Source of the DNA: an uncultured delta proteobacterium
GTDB lineage: Bacteria > Desulfobacterota > Binatia > Binatales > Binataceae
NCBI GenBank assembly: GCA_963747115.1
Contig: CAVVEB010000006.1
Location: 138,115 to 202,114, forward strand
Direction: 5' to 3'
DNA length: 64,000 nt
Position numbers and translations under genes: made by a program. The notes under the pieces are model-generated. The model searched no databases, was not told the origin of the DNA, and was given only the letters and a program-made list of their open reading frames with translations. Below, in pieces: positions 9,401-18,967 of this stretch (position 1 is the stretch's first letter; every line of letters begins with the position of its first letter).

Positions 9401-10186
9401 CTATCTAGCCGCTGGAGTCCTATTCTGAGACCGTTCCAGCGCGGCAGGGAGTTCGCTCAAATCTCCAATGATGTAGTCCGGCTGCGCGACGCCTTCCGGG
9501 ACCGCGGCGCCGTGGCGGTTGACCCACGCTGTGTGCATGCCGACGCTTTTGGCTCCCGCGATATCGTGGGCGTGCGTGTCACCGGCGAACAGCACTTCAC
9601 TCGCCGGCAGCTTCAGCATCTCGAGCATCCGTTGGAAGATTTTAGGATTGGGTTTTCTGAGACCGAGGTCGGCCGAGATGATGATCGCCTCGAACATCTC
9701 GCTCACACCAGTATCGGCCATGATCTGCCATCCGGTTTGCGAGTCGTCAAAGTTCGACAGCAGTCCGAGGCGATACCTTTTCGCGAGCCGATGCACCGCG
9801 TTGATCCGGGCGGCGGGCGCCGCAGTGGCCTCGCGCACCCCTTTCATATGAATTCGCGTGAGCTCTTGCGCCAACGATTGCCGCTCCGGGCTGTCCTCCA
9901 TCCCGAGCCGCGCCAGGGTGCGAAGGAACCTCTCGACGCAGGTGATCTCTATACCCTCGCGCTCGCGCTGCGCGTTGATTTCTTCGTACACGCGTCCGTG
10001 CCAGGTCATAAAGAGATCGCGGTCATATTTCGCGCCCAGCGCGTCAGCGAGTTTCGGCAGAATCCATGGAATGGTCGAACGAAGCTCGCGCCCGTGCCAC
10101 TCCATCACGGGAAGCAGATTGGGATCCCAATCGACCAAGGTATCAAACAGATCAAGAACGACCGCTTTGAACGTGTGTTCAGCCAC
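9401..10186 (-). CDS. HAD-superfamily hydrolase
   Basis: HAD motifs: motif I VVLDLFDTLV, motif II LLSNFD, motif III KPNPKIF, motif IV FAGDTHAHDIAGAKSVG. Confidence 0.8.
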   Translation of the reverse strand: MAEHTFKAVVLDLFDTLVDWDPNLLPVMEWHGRELRSTIPWILPKLADALGAKYDRDLFMTWHGRVYEEINAQREREGIEITCVERFLRTLARLGMEDSPERQSLAQELTRIHMKGVREATAAPAARINAVHRLAKRYRLGLLSNFDDSQTGWQIMADTGVSEMFEAIIISADLGLRKPNPKIFQRMLEMLKLPASEVLFAGDTHAHDIAGAKSVGMHTAWVNRHGAAVPEGVAQPDYIIGDLSELPAALERSQNRTPAAR

Positions 10187-10652
10187 GAGGCGCCAGGGCG
10201 GCAGCGGTGCCGAACAACGCGAAGAGGTCGAGCAGCAGAACCGCGCCGTTCAGCATCACCGATAGATGATGGAGGTTGTCGAATTCCGCCTTGGTGGCAG
10301 GATCGGGGTTGGCCTCCTCGGAGACCATCCGGATCGCGTCGACGCGAGGACGTACCACCGTGCCCGCGTAGAGCGTGCACGCGAGCGCGAGTCCGATCGC
10401 GACTACGGTTCCGGCCCACCATCCTCGGACGCCGCTGCTAATGGCGAGCAGGTAGATCGCGACGGCGAAGGCGAGCCCTCCGGCGAGGTATCCCAGGATG
10501 TAGTAGCGCGGGAAGATGACGCTGACGACTTTTCCCGCATCCGGTCGCGCCAGCACGGTGAACACCACCGGCGCGGTAAAGAAGGAGAAGAAAATAACCG
10601 AGCCGAGCCAGCAGACCATCGCCAGCAGATAAACAAAGATGATGACGATCAT
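10179..10652 (-). CDS. DUF4149-like (TMEM205-like) membrane protein
   Basis: Four hydrophobic helices. FFSFFTAPVVFTVL and FPRYYILGY are typical of DUF4149. I start it at the ATG at 10652 (MIVIIFVYLL), which removes the overlap with the upstream gene. Confidence 0.5.
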   Translation of the reverse strand: MIVIIFVYLLAMVCWLGSVIFFSFFTAPVVFTVLARPDAGKVVSVIFPRYYILGYLAGGLAFAVAIYLLAISSGVRGWWAGTVVAIGLALACTLYAGTVVRPRVDAIRMVSEEANPDPATKAEFDNLHHLSVMLNGAVLLLDLFALFGTAAALAPRG

Positions 10653-10659
10653 GCGTTTA

Positions 10660-11106
10660 TCAATTGAGCAGCGGCCTGGGAGTGCCTGGCAACGGACGGC
10701 GTTCCGCAAATCCGCTGTTGATGCTATGCCACGCCACTACGTGCGGTTCTCCAAATTGCCAGCACAAAAATACCACTTCATCCTCCTCGCCAGCCTCCGC
10801 GGCCTCGACCAGGAAGGGAAAATCGATCAGGCCTTGGTCGACATCTTTGAGGAAGCACCCCGTCGCCTCGATTTCGCTCGCAACCTCACTCATTCGCGCG
10901 GCGATCGGCTGAAGCTCGGGATAGCGCGCAATCACGTCGGGTAGATCGAGGTTGGCCAGCTTGTCGTCAAAACGCGCCATGTCACTGACGCGCTTACGCA
11001 GCGCATTCGCCTGGATTTGGAGATCCCGAATCAGGATCTCGAGCCGCGGGATCAGCTCATTGGCCTCGGCCGCGCTAAATAGTTTGTCAAATCGATGCCT
11101 ATCCAA
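10660..11106 (-). CDS. DUF2203 family protein
   Basis: 148 aa. FSAAEANELIPRLEILIRDLQ...GCFLKDVDQGLIDFP...VVFLCWQFGEPHVVAWH matches my memory of DUF2203. Confidence 0.65.
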   Translation of the reverse strand: MDRHRFDKLFSAAEANELIPRLEILIRDLQIQANALRKRVSDMARFDDKLANLDLPDVIARYPELQPIAARMSEVASEIEATGCFLKDVDQGLIDFPFLVEAAEAGEEDEVVFLCWQFGEPHVVAWHSINSGFAERRPLPGTPRPLLN

Positions 11107-11267
11107 AATTCTTTTGCCAGTAGCGTCTCGCCGTTACCATGCTTACCTTGATCCGAGGAGATTACCTTGTCTGCCTTGTACCCGTATACTACGGTAAACG
11201 TTGTGCGGGCCGAAAGAATCGGCGGCGTAAGCATTGAGGTTCTCTCCACAAGGGTGATTAATCGCTG

Positions 11268-13688
11268 ATGTCAGATAAGCCCAAAGGTGAGAAAAAGTTC
11301 GACGTTGAAGAGGATCTTAGCCGGGTCGAGATTCCCGATATCCTGCCCGTTCTCCCGCTGCGCGGGATCGTAATATTTCCCAGCCAGATTCATCCCTTCC
11401 TGGTTTCGCGGCCAGCCTCGCTGAAGCTTATAGATGACGTCGGCCAGGGCAGCCGGCTAATCGCGCTCGCCGCGCAAAGGAATCCGGAAGAGGAAAATCC
11501 GGGTCCCGAGGGAGTTTTTCAGCGCGCCACGGCGGTTCGCATCCTCAAGATGCTGCGCTATCCGGATCAAAGCGTGCGGGTTCTGGTGCAGGGTCTCGCG
11601 CGCCTCGAACTGCTTGACTTCACCCAGCGCGAACCTTACTTCAAGGCCAATGTGCGCCGCCTCGCCGACACTCTGGTTGCGGATAAAGAGGTCGAGGCTC
11701 TGCAAGCGCACCTGGTCAGCCAATTTTCCAAATTCGTTTCGCTGGTTCCTTATCTGCCCGATGAATTACAGGGCATTGCGATGCAGGTGCGCGAGCCGGG
11801 ACGGCTGACCGACCTGGTCGCGTCGTACCTGAAGATCGCGGTGGAAGAAGCGCAGGATCTCCTTTCGAGCACCGATATCCGCCAACGGCTGGAGAAGTTG
11901 ATCGCGATCCTGACTCGCGAAATCGAACTGCTCGAACTCGGGCACAAGATTCAATCGCAGGTTCAAACCGAGCTCAACAAAAATCAGCGCGAGTACTATC
12001 TGCGCCAGCAGCTCAAAGCGATTCAGAAGGAACTCGGCGAAGGCGATTCGCGCTCCAGCGAGCTCGAAGATATCGAGAAAAAAATCGAAGCCGCCAAGAT
12101 GCCCGAAGAGGCGCGTAAGGCGGCCGACAAGGAACTCGAGCGGCTCAAGATGATTCCGCCCGAGTCGGCGGAACATACCGTCGTGCGCACCTACCTAGAT
12201 TGGCTGGTGACTTTGCCGTGGAGCATCTCGACCGAGGATAACCTCGACATCAAACACGCCCGCGGCGTGCTCGACGAAGACCATTACGATCTCGAAAAGA
12301 TCAAGGAGCGCATCCTCGAATTTCTCGCGGTGCGCAAACTCAAAAAAAATACCAAGGGACCGATACTATGTTTTGTCGGTCCGCCGGGAACCGGCAAGAC
12401 TTCGCTAGGACGCTCGATTGCGCGCGCGCTCGGACGCAAGTTCGTGCGGCTCTCGCTCGGCGGCATCCGCGATGAAGCCGAGATCCGCGGACATCGCCGC
12501 ACCTACATCGGGTCGCTGCCGGGCCGCATCATCCAGGGTATCCGCAATGCGGGTTCCAATAATCCGCTCTTCATTCTCGACGAGGTCGATAAGCTGGGCG
12601 CCGATTTCCGTGGCGATCCCGCCTCGGCCCTGCTTGAGGTGCTCGATCCCGAACAGAACAACACCTTCCAGGATCACTACCTCGACGTTCCGTTCGATCT
12701 GTCGCATGTGTTGTTCCTGACCACCGCCAACCTGCTCGACACCATCCCGCACGCCCTGCTGGACAGGATGGAGGTGCTGGAGCTGCCGGGTTACACCGAG
12801 GAAGAAAAGCTCGAAATCGTCAAGCGGCATATCGTGCCCAAACAGCTCGAGGAAAACGGGCTGGGCAATCTGTCGATCGATTTCACGCCCGAAGCGATTT
12901 CGGAGATCGTGCGCAACTACACGCGTGAGGCCGGACTGCGAAACCTCGAACGCGAGATCGCGCGGGTATGCCGCAAGATCGCGCGCAGCATCACTGAAGG
13001 CGAGCAGCCGCCGACCAGAATCGTGCCCGAGCTGGTGCGCAAATATCTCGGTTCGCCCCGCTTCTTTTCGGAAGTCGCGGATCGCACGCAGGATCCCGGC
13101 GTTGCAACCGGGCTGGCGTGGACCGCCAGCGGGGGCGACATCCTCTTTATCGAATGCACCCGGATGAACGGGCAGAAGGCGTTGACTCTCACCGGCTCGC
13201 TCGGCGACGTGATGAAGGAATCGGCGCAGGCGGCGCTGTCCTACATTCGTTCGCGCGCGGATCGGCTCGGCATTCCGCCGGACTTCTTCGATAAATCGGA
13301 CATCCACGTTCATGTTCCCGCAGGCGCGATTCCCAAAGATGGGCCGTCCGCCGGCGTCACGATTGCGGCCTCGCTCGCCTCGCTCCTGACCGGGCGTGCA
13401 TGCCGGCCCGAGGTTGCTATGACGGGTGAGATCACGCTGCGCGGCAAAGTCCTGCCGGTCGGCGGAATCAAGGAAAAGGTGCTCGCGGCGCGCCGCGCGG
13501 GAATCAAGACGATCATCATGCCGCGGCGCAATGAGCGCGACCTCGAAGATATTCCCGAGGAACTCCGCCGCGAGCTGAAGATGTACTTCGTTGATACCGT
13601 CGACGAGGTTCTCGGTTACGCATTGCGCGGCGTCGACGAACCCGCGCAGGTCGAGGAGTCGCGTTCCGAGCGCACCGTCCTGAACTAA
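11268..13688 (+). CDS. lon: ATP-dependent Lon protease
   Basis: 806 aa. It has a LON N-domain, Walker [10 protein letters not shown], Walker [10 protein letters not shown], and the protease active site [15 protein letters not shown]...K. Confidence 0.97.
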   Translation: MSDKPKGEKKFDVEEDLSRVEIPDILPVLPLRGIVIFPSQIHPFLVSRPASLKLIDDVGQGSRLIALAAQRNPEEENPGPEGVFQRATAVRILKMLRYPDQSVRVLVQGLARLELLDFTQREPYFKANVRRLADTLVADKEVEALQAHLVSQFSKFVSLVPYLPDELQGIAMQVREPGRLTDLVASYLKIAVEEAQDLLSSTDIRQRLEKLIAILTREIELLELGHKIQSQVQTELNKNQREYYLRQQLKAIQKELGEGDSRSSELEDIEKKIEAAKMPEEARKAADKELERLKMIPPESAEHTVVRTYLDWLVTLPWSISTEDNLDIKHARGVLDEDHYDLEKIKERILEFLAVRKLKKNTKGPILCFVGPPGTGKTSLGRSIARALGRKFVRLSLGGIRDEAEIRGHRRTYIGSLPGRIIQGIRNAGSNNPLFILDEVDKLGADFRGDPASALLEVLDPEQNNTFQDHYLDVPFDLSHVLFLTTANLLDTIPHALLDRMEVLELPGYTEEEKLEIVKRHIVPKQLEENGLGNLSIDFTPEAISEIVRNYTREAGLRNLEREIARVCRKIARSITEGEQPPTRIVPELVRKYLGSPRFFSEVADRTQDPGVATGLAWTASGGDILFIECTRMNGQKALTLTGSLGDVMKESAQAALSYIRSRADRLGIPPDFFDKSDIHVHVPAGAIPKDGPSAGVTIAASLASLLTGRACRPEVAMTGEITLRGKVLPVGGIKEKVLAARRAGIKTIIMPRRNERDLEDIPEELRRELKMYFVDTVDEVLGYALRGVDEPAQVEESRSERTVLN

Positions 13689-13712
13689 GGAAATGAATTT
13701 CGCGAACCGAAG

Positions 13713-13746
13713 GGGCTGCTGAGATATCGGCGGCCCTTTTTCTTTG
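13713..13746 (+). terminator. Probable intrinsic terminator downstream of lon
   Basis: GGGCUGCU (13713-13720) pairs with GGCGGCCC (13729-13736), including G-U pairs, around an 8-nt loop. TTTTTCTTT follows. Confidence 0.5.
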
Positions 13747-13883
13747 GGTGGACGGCCTGCGATGGATGCGGGCGCTCGCCGGCCCCGGCTATGCGGTGTT
13801 CGCACCGAATCTGAAAGATTTCTTGCGCTTGGGGATTACCGATTCAAGCGGGATGGCGGATTGCCGGGAGGCGCACTACTCTT

Positions 13884-14429
13884 TTGCGGGGAAAAATGAA
13901 AATCCACATCGATCAAATTGGGGATCATACGGTCTGGCTCGGTCGCGGGTTGCGGCAGGTGCTGATAGGTTTTGCGATAGCCTGCATCCTGGTGCCCGCA
14001 GCGCAGGCCGCAACGCCGCATGCTCTGAGTGATGCGCAGATCGCGCAAATTAAGGACGCCTTCGGAGATCTTGCGCATACAATCGGCAAGGGACACCCGG
14101 CGCCTTGGGTCAACGGGTGTCAGGTCGTAGTGAACGCCAGTCCGGGCAACAAGGAATTCCGGGATAAATTTATGGCGATCGCAAAACGGGCGGGTTGCGG
14201 CGCGTCTATCGCCAAACACACACCAGCGCCAGCTGATGCGGACCCTACGACGGTCGTCATTTTTTCAACCGCATCAATGTACGACCTGACGGTGCAAGTG
14301 GTGAATACTGAAACCGACCACCTGGTATATGCCCTGAGAAAGCCTCCACTTAGCCTCGACGCGGAGCGAAGCGACAAAATGCCGCCGGAGGGTATTATCT
14401 ACATCGATCTGGGAAACGTCTCACCGTAG
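13884..14429 (+). CDS. Hypothetical secreted protein
   Basis: 181-aa ORF with a signal-peptide-like stretch (LIGFAIACILVPAAQAATP). No family recognised; the start codon is uncertain. Confidence 0.35.
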   Translation: MRGKMKIHIDQIGDHTVWLGRGLRQVLIGFAIACILVPAAQAATPHALSDAQIAQIKDAFGDLAHTIGKGHPAPWVNGCQVVVNASPGNKEFRDKFMAIAKRAGCGASIAKHTPAPADADPTTVVIFSTASMYDLTVQVVNTETDHLVYALRKPPLSLDAERSDKMPPEGIIYIDLGNVSP

Positions 14430-14451
14430 TCATCGAAATGAGCGGCGGAGA

Positions 14452-14757
14452 TCAAGCAATGAGGTCGCGGCCGATCCAGATCGTCGTTTGACGAATCGCG
14501 CGATTACGCAGTTCCGCGAGAGCTTGCAGGTCGGTATCGGCGCGATATCGCTCGAGCGATTGCGGGTCGGGAAAGGTGACGATGTGGACCTCGTGCGGTT
14601 GATCGGGATCTGCGCTCGCGGCGAAACCGATTCGGCGCTCGATGCGGCCGCCGTAGCGTCGCATGATCGCATCCGCCGCCGCCTCGAACTCTGCGAACTC
14701 GCGCTCCCGACAGGGGTGGATGCATAGCGCGGCAACGATAGTGAGTGGAGTCGGCAT
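14452..14757 (-). CDS. DUF1330 domain protein
   Basis: 101 aa; MPTPLTIVAALCIHP...FAEFEAAADAIMRRYGGRIERRI...HEVHIVTFPDPQSLERY fits DUF1330. The SD GAGG lies within the repeat core immediately upstream. Confidence 0.7.
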   Translation of the reverse strand: MPTPLTIVAALCIHPCREREFAEFEAAADAIMRRYGGRIERRIGFAASADPDQPHEVHIVTFPDPQSLERYRADTDLQALAELRNRAIRQTTIWIGRDLIA

Positions 14758-14865
14758 GAGAACCTCGCGGCGATGCGGAATTCAGGCAAGCCCTTCGAGT
14801 TTGATCTCTCCCGCAGCGATGCGACTCAGAGTGTCCACATAGATCACGTGCTCGGCTTCCAGCAT
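14758..14865 (-). repeat. Junction copy C: purN 3'-end remnant (27 codons plus stop) plus 33-nt core
   Basis: The minus strand reads ATG CTG GAA GCC GAG CAC... = MLEAEHVIYVDTLSRIAAGEIKLEGLA*, against the purN C-terminus VLEAEHAIYVETLGRIAAGEIKLEGLF*. The core AACCTCGCGGCGATGCGGAATTCAGGCAAGCCC is at 14761-14793. Confidence 0.85.
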
Positions 14866-16320
14866 TCACACGGTGGCCGCTTGTAGACGGCCCTCGCGTA
14901 CCGCTTTGCGCAGTTCCCGGTAGTCGCGCTCGGTCTGGTCGGCGTAGGCCACCGCGAACTTTGTCACCGCTTCATCGAAGACGCCGCTGTTGCCCAGATA
15001 GCCTGAGATCATCGAGGCGTCGCCCGAGCGCGCGTGAGCTCGCGCCAGGGTCCAACCGCACAGCTTTGCATAGGCCCGCAGCGTTTCGGAATCCATCGTT
15101 TCCATGATTACCGACAGCTTCACGTCGTGCAGTTGGCGCAAATAGAAATGCCGCCCGCCCAACATGCCTTCGGTCCAGCCCAGCATGATATCGCTGGCCG
15201 CCTGCATCAGGCGCTGACCCATGACCACGCGCTGCCCGTGATTGGAGTACACGCTTTTGCCCGCGTAGGGTTCGAGCACGGAGGCGTTGGCCTGTTTGAC
15301 CTGCAGGAACAGTGGATCGTTCGCAGCGGCCATGAACAAGGTCACCGCACAGAAGGTGCCGACGCTGCCGACGCCAACGACTTTGATTGCGATGTCGTAA
15401 AGCCGGAAACGATCGAGCAGAACTCGGTAAGGATCGGCTAGCGTGCCGCGATACATGTTCAGCGCATCCAGCACGTTGTCACGGGCTTCTTTGCTGCGGC
15501 TCCGTTGCTCGTGAAAAATCAACGGCGGATTATCCTTGATGCGTGGGGGGCTCTTGCCGTTACTCTCGACCAGTTTTGGAAAATCATGATCCAGCGAGGT
15601 CGGAGCGGTGCGCGCCTCATCCATTCGTGCGCGAAAACGCTTCTGCGCCGCGACGGGAAGCTCGGGTAGTAGCCTCTCGGCGTCGACGCGGTCGTACCAA
15701 ACCTCCATCGCGCGCAGGTCAGCGTAACGCGCCATCCAGCGCCGGTATGAGCGTGCCGCGCCGTGTGCTGCCGCCCGCGATTCGCGCTCCTTCAAACCGA
15801 TATGGCGCCCCGCTGCTACCAAACTCGCGGCGAGGCGCTTCAAATCCCACTCCCACGGGGCGGGCAGGGTCTCGTCAAAGTCGGGGATATCGAAAATCAC
15901 GTTGCGCTCGGGAGTGGCGAAAGCGCCGAAGTTCATCATGTGGCAATCGCCGCAAGCCTGGACCCGAATCCCACTTACCGGAGTGGTGGAAAGGTCCGCG
16001 GCCATCCCCGCGGCCGCGCCGCGCAGAAAGGCAAATGGCGACGTGAGCATCCGGCCATGCCGGATCGGCACCAATTCCGGAATGCGCCCCTTGTTGGAAG
16101 CTATCAGGATGTCGATAGGGTCGGGCCGGTCGCGCCGTTCTTTCCATTTGCCGTGGCTCTCACGGGGAACCTTTTCGCGCAACGCCTTGCCGGCCGCCCG
16201 GCGCTCTTGCGGCGAGAGCCGCTTGCGCTCGAAAAAGTCCTCTCCCAGCTTGCGCGCGCGGGCCGACTTGATCTGGCTGCCGGCCACCGGCCTGCCATTG
16301 GTCTCAAGTTGTGGTTCCAT
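14866..16320 (-). CDS. DUF2252 domain protein
   Basis: 484 aa. FAFLRGAAAGMAADL, VQACGDCHMMNFGAF, IFDIPDFDETLPAPWEWDLKRLAAS are characteristic DUF2252 blocks. Its stop codon directly abuts the purN remnant of copy C. Confidence 0.75.
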   Translation of the reverse strand: MEPQLETNGRPVAGSQIKSARARKLGEDFFERKRLSPQERRAAGKALREKVPRESHGKWKERRDRPDPIDILIASNKGRIPELVPIRHGRMLTSPFAFLRGAAAGMAADLSTTPVSGIRVQACGDCHMMNFGAFATPERNVIFDIPDFDETLPAPWEWDLKRLAASLVAAGRHIGLKERESRAAAHGAARSYRRWMARYADLRAMEVWYDRVDAERLLPELPVAAQKRFRARMDEARTAPTSLDHDFPKLVESNGKSPPRIKDNPPLIFHEQRSRSKEARDNVLDALNMYRGTLADPYRVLLDRFRLYDIAIKVVGVGSVGTFCAVTLFMAAANDPLFLQVKQANASVLEPYAGKSVYSNHGQRVVMGQRLMQAASDIMLGWTEGMLGGRHFYLRQLHDVKLSVIMETMDSETLRAYAKLCGWTLARAHARSGDASMISGYLGNSGVFDEAVTKFAVAYADQTERDYRELRKAVREGRLQAATV

Positions 16321-16435
16321 GGTTTATCCCACGCCGTTGAACACGGATGGCCAACGGCGTGCGATTGTGCGCCGTTGCATCGTCTCTTGGCAATCGGACC
16401 TCGGGCCAACGCGCTATGGTGTGAGTTGATGTGGG

Positions 16436-16477
16436 AACTTCGCGACGATGGGGAATTCAGGCAAGCCCTTCGAGTTC
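16436..16477 (-). repeat. Junction copy D: short core only
   Basis: AACTTCGCGACGATGGGGAATTCAGGCAAGCCC (16436-16468) plus TTCGAGTT equals the last codons of purN (..LEGLA*) plus the intergenic spacer. It is nearly identical to copy C. Confidence 0.75.
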
Positions 16478-16751
16478 AGTTCGCGCTCTGCGTCGTGATT
16501 TGGATCGAGAGCAAGTAAACGTGCGTCGCGTCGAATGTATAATAAACGGTCAGCGGGCTTAGCCGCCCCACGTCTACAGTCGGCAGGAACCAGACCGGCG
16601 GATCGTCGGTTGTTAGTGGCGAACCAATTTCAGGCTGACGGGCCAACGCCCACTCGGTCGCTTCTATAAATTCGTCCGCCGCCCTGGCTCCGCCTGTCGT
16701 CAGGTCGCGCAATTGCACCTCGAATGCATGCGTTCTGACAACGGTGCGCAA
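16476..16751 (-). CDS. Putative toxin partner of the Panacea antitoxin (family not recognised; possibly RelE/ParE-like fold)
   Basis: 91-aa ORF with a TTG start 3 nt after the stop of the upstream Panacea-domain gene, which suggests translational coupling. The pattern HAFEVQLRDL...EFIEATEWALARQPEIG...LTVYYTFDATHVYLLSI loosely resembles RelE/ParE-type toxins. Confidence 0.4.
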   Translation of the reverse strand: MRTVVRTHAFEVQLRDLTTGGARAADEFIEATEWALARQPEIGSPLTTDDPPVWFLPTVDVGRLSPLTVYYTFDATHVYLLSIQITTQSAN

Positions 16752-16754
16752 GAA

Positions 16755-17324
16755 CTACCGATGTGCGCCAGATAGCGCTTCTTTGGCGAGCTTTTGAAGC
16801 GCACGACCTTTGCGCCGTTCAGCCTCCGTTGGCTTACGGTTCCCGATCAGGATGACGGAATACGGAATCGTTTCGCCTTCCTCCGCCAATTTCCAGCCCA
16901 AAAAGAAGTGCGACTCGTCGCTGATCTGGGTCGCATTCATCTTCCAAAACCGTCCGACAACTTCTTCGACCAAATCGAGTTCTTCGCGGCGGAACTTGCT
17001 AATGTCGGCGGTCCTGATCGCAACCGGCCGGATTTGAGTGAAACGATATCTTTTCTCGTGTCGCTCAGTCAGGTCGCCCGCCCGCTTCATGGCGTCTACT
17101 ACGGGCCTTAGCCGGCGCGGAGCAGGACCCTGAGCCAATGCCTGATACTCTTGACCTGTGATCGGGGCGCCGAATCTCTGGTAGGCCAGAAAGTCGGAAT
17201 AGAAAAGCAGTTTGTTAAGTTTGACCGCGCCGAACTTTTCGTCTCTGGAAGACAGAGACGCCAAATACAGAATCAGCTCTCGGAGCTTGTCGTCGTCGGG
17301 GTGTTGTCGTGTCTTCGGAGCCAT
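16755..17324 (-). CDS. Panacea (DUF4065 / SocA-like) antitoxin-domain protein
   Basis: 189 aa. GAVKLNKLLFYSDFLAYQRFGAPITGQEYQALAQGPAPRRL matches the DUF4065 signature (KL.KLLyY.d......g.pi....y.A...GPv). Confidence 0.65.
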   Translation of the reverse strand: MAPKTRQHPDDDKLRELILYLASLSSRDEKFGAVKLNKLLFYSDFLAYQRFGAPITGQEYQALAQGPAPRRLRPVVDAMKRAGDLTERHEKRYRFTQIRPVAIRTADISKFRREELDLVEEVVGRFWKMNATQISDESHFFLGWKLAEEGETIPYSVILIGNRKPTEAERRKGRALQKLAKEALSGAHR

Positions 17325-17407
17325 GACTGTAGGGCGCGACTGGGCGCCTTCCCGATGATATCAACACGATAACGGAGCGTCGATCCCCTCCAAAAGAGGA
17401 CCCCGCC

Positions 17408-17500
17408 CTAACGGACGTTAGGGCGCCGCCTCGAACTCCTATCGAACTCGGGCGCGCTTCTGGGATATATGAACAGAGCGACGACGATAGTGACTGGCAT
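17408..17500 (-). pseudogene. 5' remnant of a second DUF1330 gene
   Basis: My translation MPVTIVVALFIYPRSAPEFDRSSRRRPNVR* aligns with the intact DUF1330 N-terminus MPTPLTIVAALCIHPCREREFAEFEAA. DNA homology includes GAGTTCGAGGCGGCG. Core copy E precedes it, with the same GAGG SD. Confidence 0.55.
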
Positions 17501-17510
17501 TGGCTTAGAT

Positions 17511-17543
17511 AACCTCGCAGCGACGCGGAGTTCAGGCGACCCC
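17511..17543 (-). repeat. Junction copy E: 33-nt core
   Basis: AACCTCGCAGCGACGCGGAGTTCAGGCGACCCC differs from copy C at a handful of positions. It abuts the stop codon of the DUF3800 gene. Confidence 0.7.
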
Positions 17544-18280
17544 TAACTCCAATACCGCTTCGCGTACTGCGCCCGAAACGCAGATAATTCCTTCGGCCCA
17601 AGGAATATAGATTTGCCGCGAACCGTTCTAAGCTCGTCCCACACGCGCGCGGACCAGCGGCGCTTATGTAGAAGCTGTTCCTCGTAATCGCGCCGAGTGT
17701 GCCACGCAAACAGATCGGCGGCCTGTAAGGGTAGATTCTCCTTGTCATTCTCAAAGCGCGGTCGGCTAACGAGCATGTCCGACAGTTTTTTTGGAAGATG
17801 CGAACGCATGCCGTCGTAACTCTCGCTGATCTGTTTCTCTCGCGAGAGCACGCCCTGATCAAAGATGAGTTCGATCTGCTCTGGCGGCTGTTTTACGGAT
17901 GCCGAATGAAGCAACCATGTAACGATATGGCAATAGGCTAGCGCGTCGGGATTTTTCATTATCCCTTTCGGCTGTCGCAGAACTTTCTTGAACGCGCGAG
18001 AGTCAATCGCTACTGAGAGCGCGATAAGTTCGTATTTACGAATAACGGCGATCAGCTCGCACAGTTTTGCGTCTCGCTCGGCTTCTGTCCAACCAGCGAA
18101 TTCGTACTTTAGCGCGTTTGCTGCTATGCCCTTTAGGTATGGCAATTCAGGCGACTTTCGCATGACTGCCTGATACTCCCCAGCGCAGTCCTTAATTCTA
18201 TCCGCGAAACCGACGTATCCGGCCAAAACAAAAACCGGATCGAGCCCTCGTCCACTCTCGTCGAACCACGCCTGTAACAT
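17543..18280 (-). CDS. DUF3800 domain protein
   Basis: 245 aa. The N-terminal AWFDESGRGLDPVFVLAGYVG matches the DUF3800 D-E-S-G start motif. Confidence 0.6.
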   Translation of the reverse strand: MLQAWFDESGRGLDPVFVLAGYVGFADRIKDCAGEYQAVMRKSPELPYLKGIAANALKYEFAGWTEAERDAKLCELIAVIRKYELIALSVAIDSRAFKKVLRQPKGIMKNPDALAYCHIVTWLLHSASVKQPPEQIELIFDQGVLSREKQISESYDGMRSHLPKKLSDMLVSRPRFENDKENLPLQAADLFAWHTRRDYEEQLLHKRRWSARVWDELRTVRGKSIFLGPKELSAFRAQYAKRYWS

Positions 18281-18308
18281 TGGTTTTTCTCAGAATTCGC
18301 GAAGCGCC

Positions 18309-18432
18309 TTATAGCCCTTCCAGTTTGATCTCTCCCGACGCGATGCGGCTGAGAGTCTCCACATAGATCGCGTGCTCGGCTTCCAGCACCCGCGCACCTA
18401 GACTCTCGACGGTGTCGCCGGGCCGCACCGGA
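18309..18432 (-). repeat. Junction copy B: purN 3'-end remnant (about 39 codons)
   Basis: 18315-18432 aligns with 20044-20160 of intact purN with roughly nine mismatches over about 117 nt, counted by eye. It encodes ...RPGDTVETLGARVLEAEHAIYVETLSRIASGEIKLEGL*. Confidence 0.9.
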
Positions 18433-18533
18433 TTCGGATCATCGCTTGACTATCGAGCTTCGGCGGCGTCCAGTCGATCCTCTGACGCTTGCCGACGACA
18501 CGTCTGCGGACGGGATGTTGCACTGATCGTTGC

Positions 18534-18851
18534 TTAGGGCAGGAACTCCCTAGCAAGACGCCCCACCATTTGCTCAATGTCCGCCCTTTCGAAGACACCG
18601 CTCAAAGGAATCGTTGGCTTCCCGTTGTCATACCACATGAGCCAGTAACACTCGCGGTTATCCTGCTTATCGAACGCGTGTTCGAGCCAAAGTGAGGAAG
18701 AGCCGTCCGCGATGAGGGCGTTGTCGAATACGCTCCCACCTGTTGCTGACGTGCGGTGCGGTTTTCCTTTGTTGATGTTGGTTCGAAAGCGATGGTTTTC
18801 GCACGAATAGTCGAGTCTGTTTCCATTCTGAACGATCCTAAAGTCCTTCAT
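18534..18851 (-). CDS. Hypothetical protein (cassette cargo)
   Basis: 105-aa ORF in a lower-GC segment. No recognisable family. Confidence 0.3.
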   Translation of the reverse strand: MKDFRIVQNGNRLDYSCENHRFRTNINKGKPHRTSATGGSVFDNALIADGSSSLWLEHAFDKQDNRECYWLMWYDNGKPTIPLSGVFERADIEQMVGRLAREFLP

Positions 18852-18967
18852 GGTGTCACCTCAAAAACATCGTCGGGATTCTTCGACAGTCTGTGCCGCA
18901 GACGGCGTGGCTCTGAATCACAGCAAAAGACTGTAGGCCCATCAAAATTCAACCAGTGCCGAAACTC

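Noticed and set aside
9281-10441. 386-aa ORF on the plus strand
   Set aside because: It is antisense to the HAD hydrolase and DUF4149 genes, which have clear motifs. The composition is Arg-rich and implausible.
11107-11267. Possible sigma-32 heat-shock promoter or CIRCE element upstream of lon
   Set aside because: CCTTGT...CCCGTATAC has the wrong spacing (about 10 nt) for a sigma-32 promoter. No TTAGCACTC-N9-GAGTGCTAA inverted repeat is present.
12405-13805. 466-aa ORF on the minus strand
   Set aside because: It is antisense to lon, has a low-complexity Arg/Gly/Ala composition, and no family resemblance.
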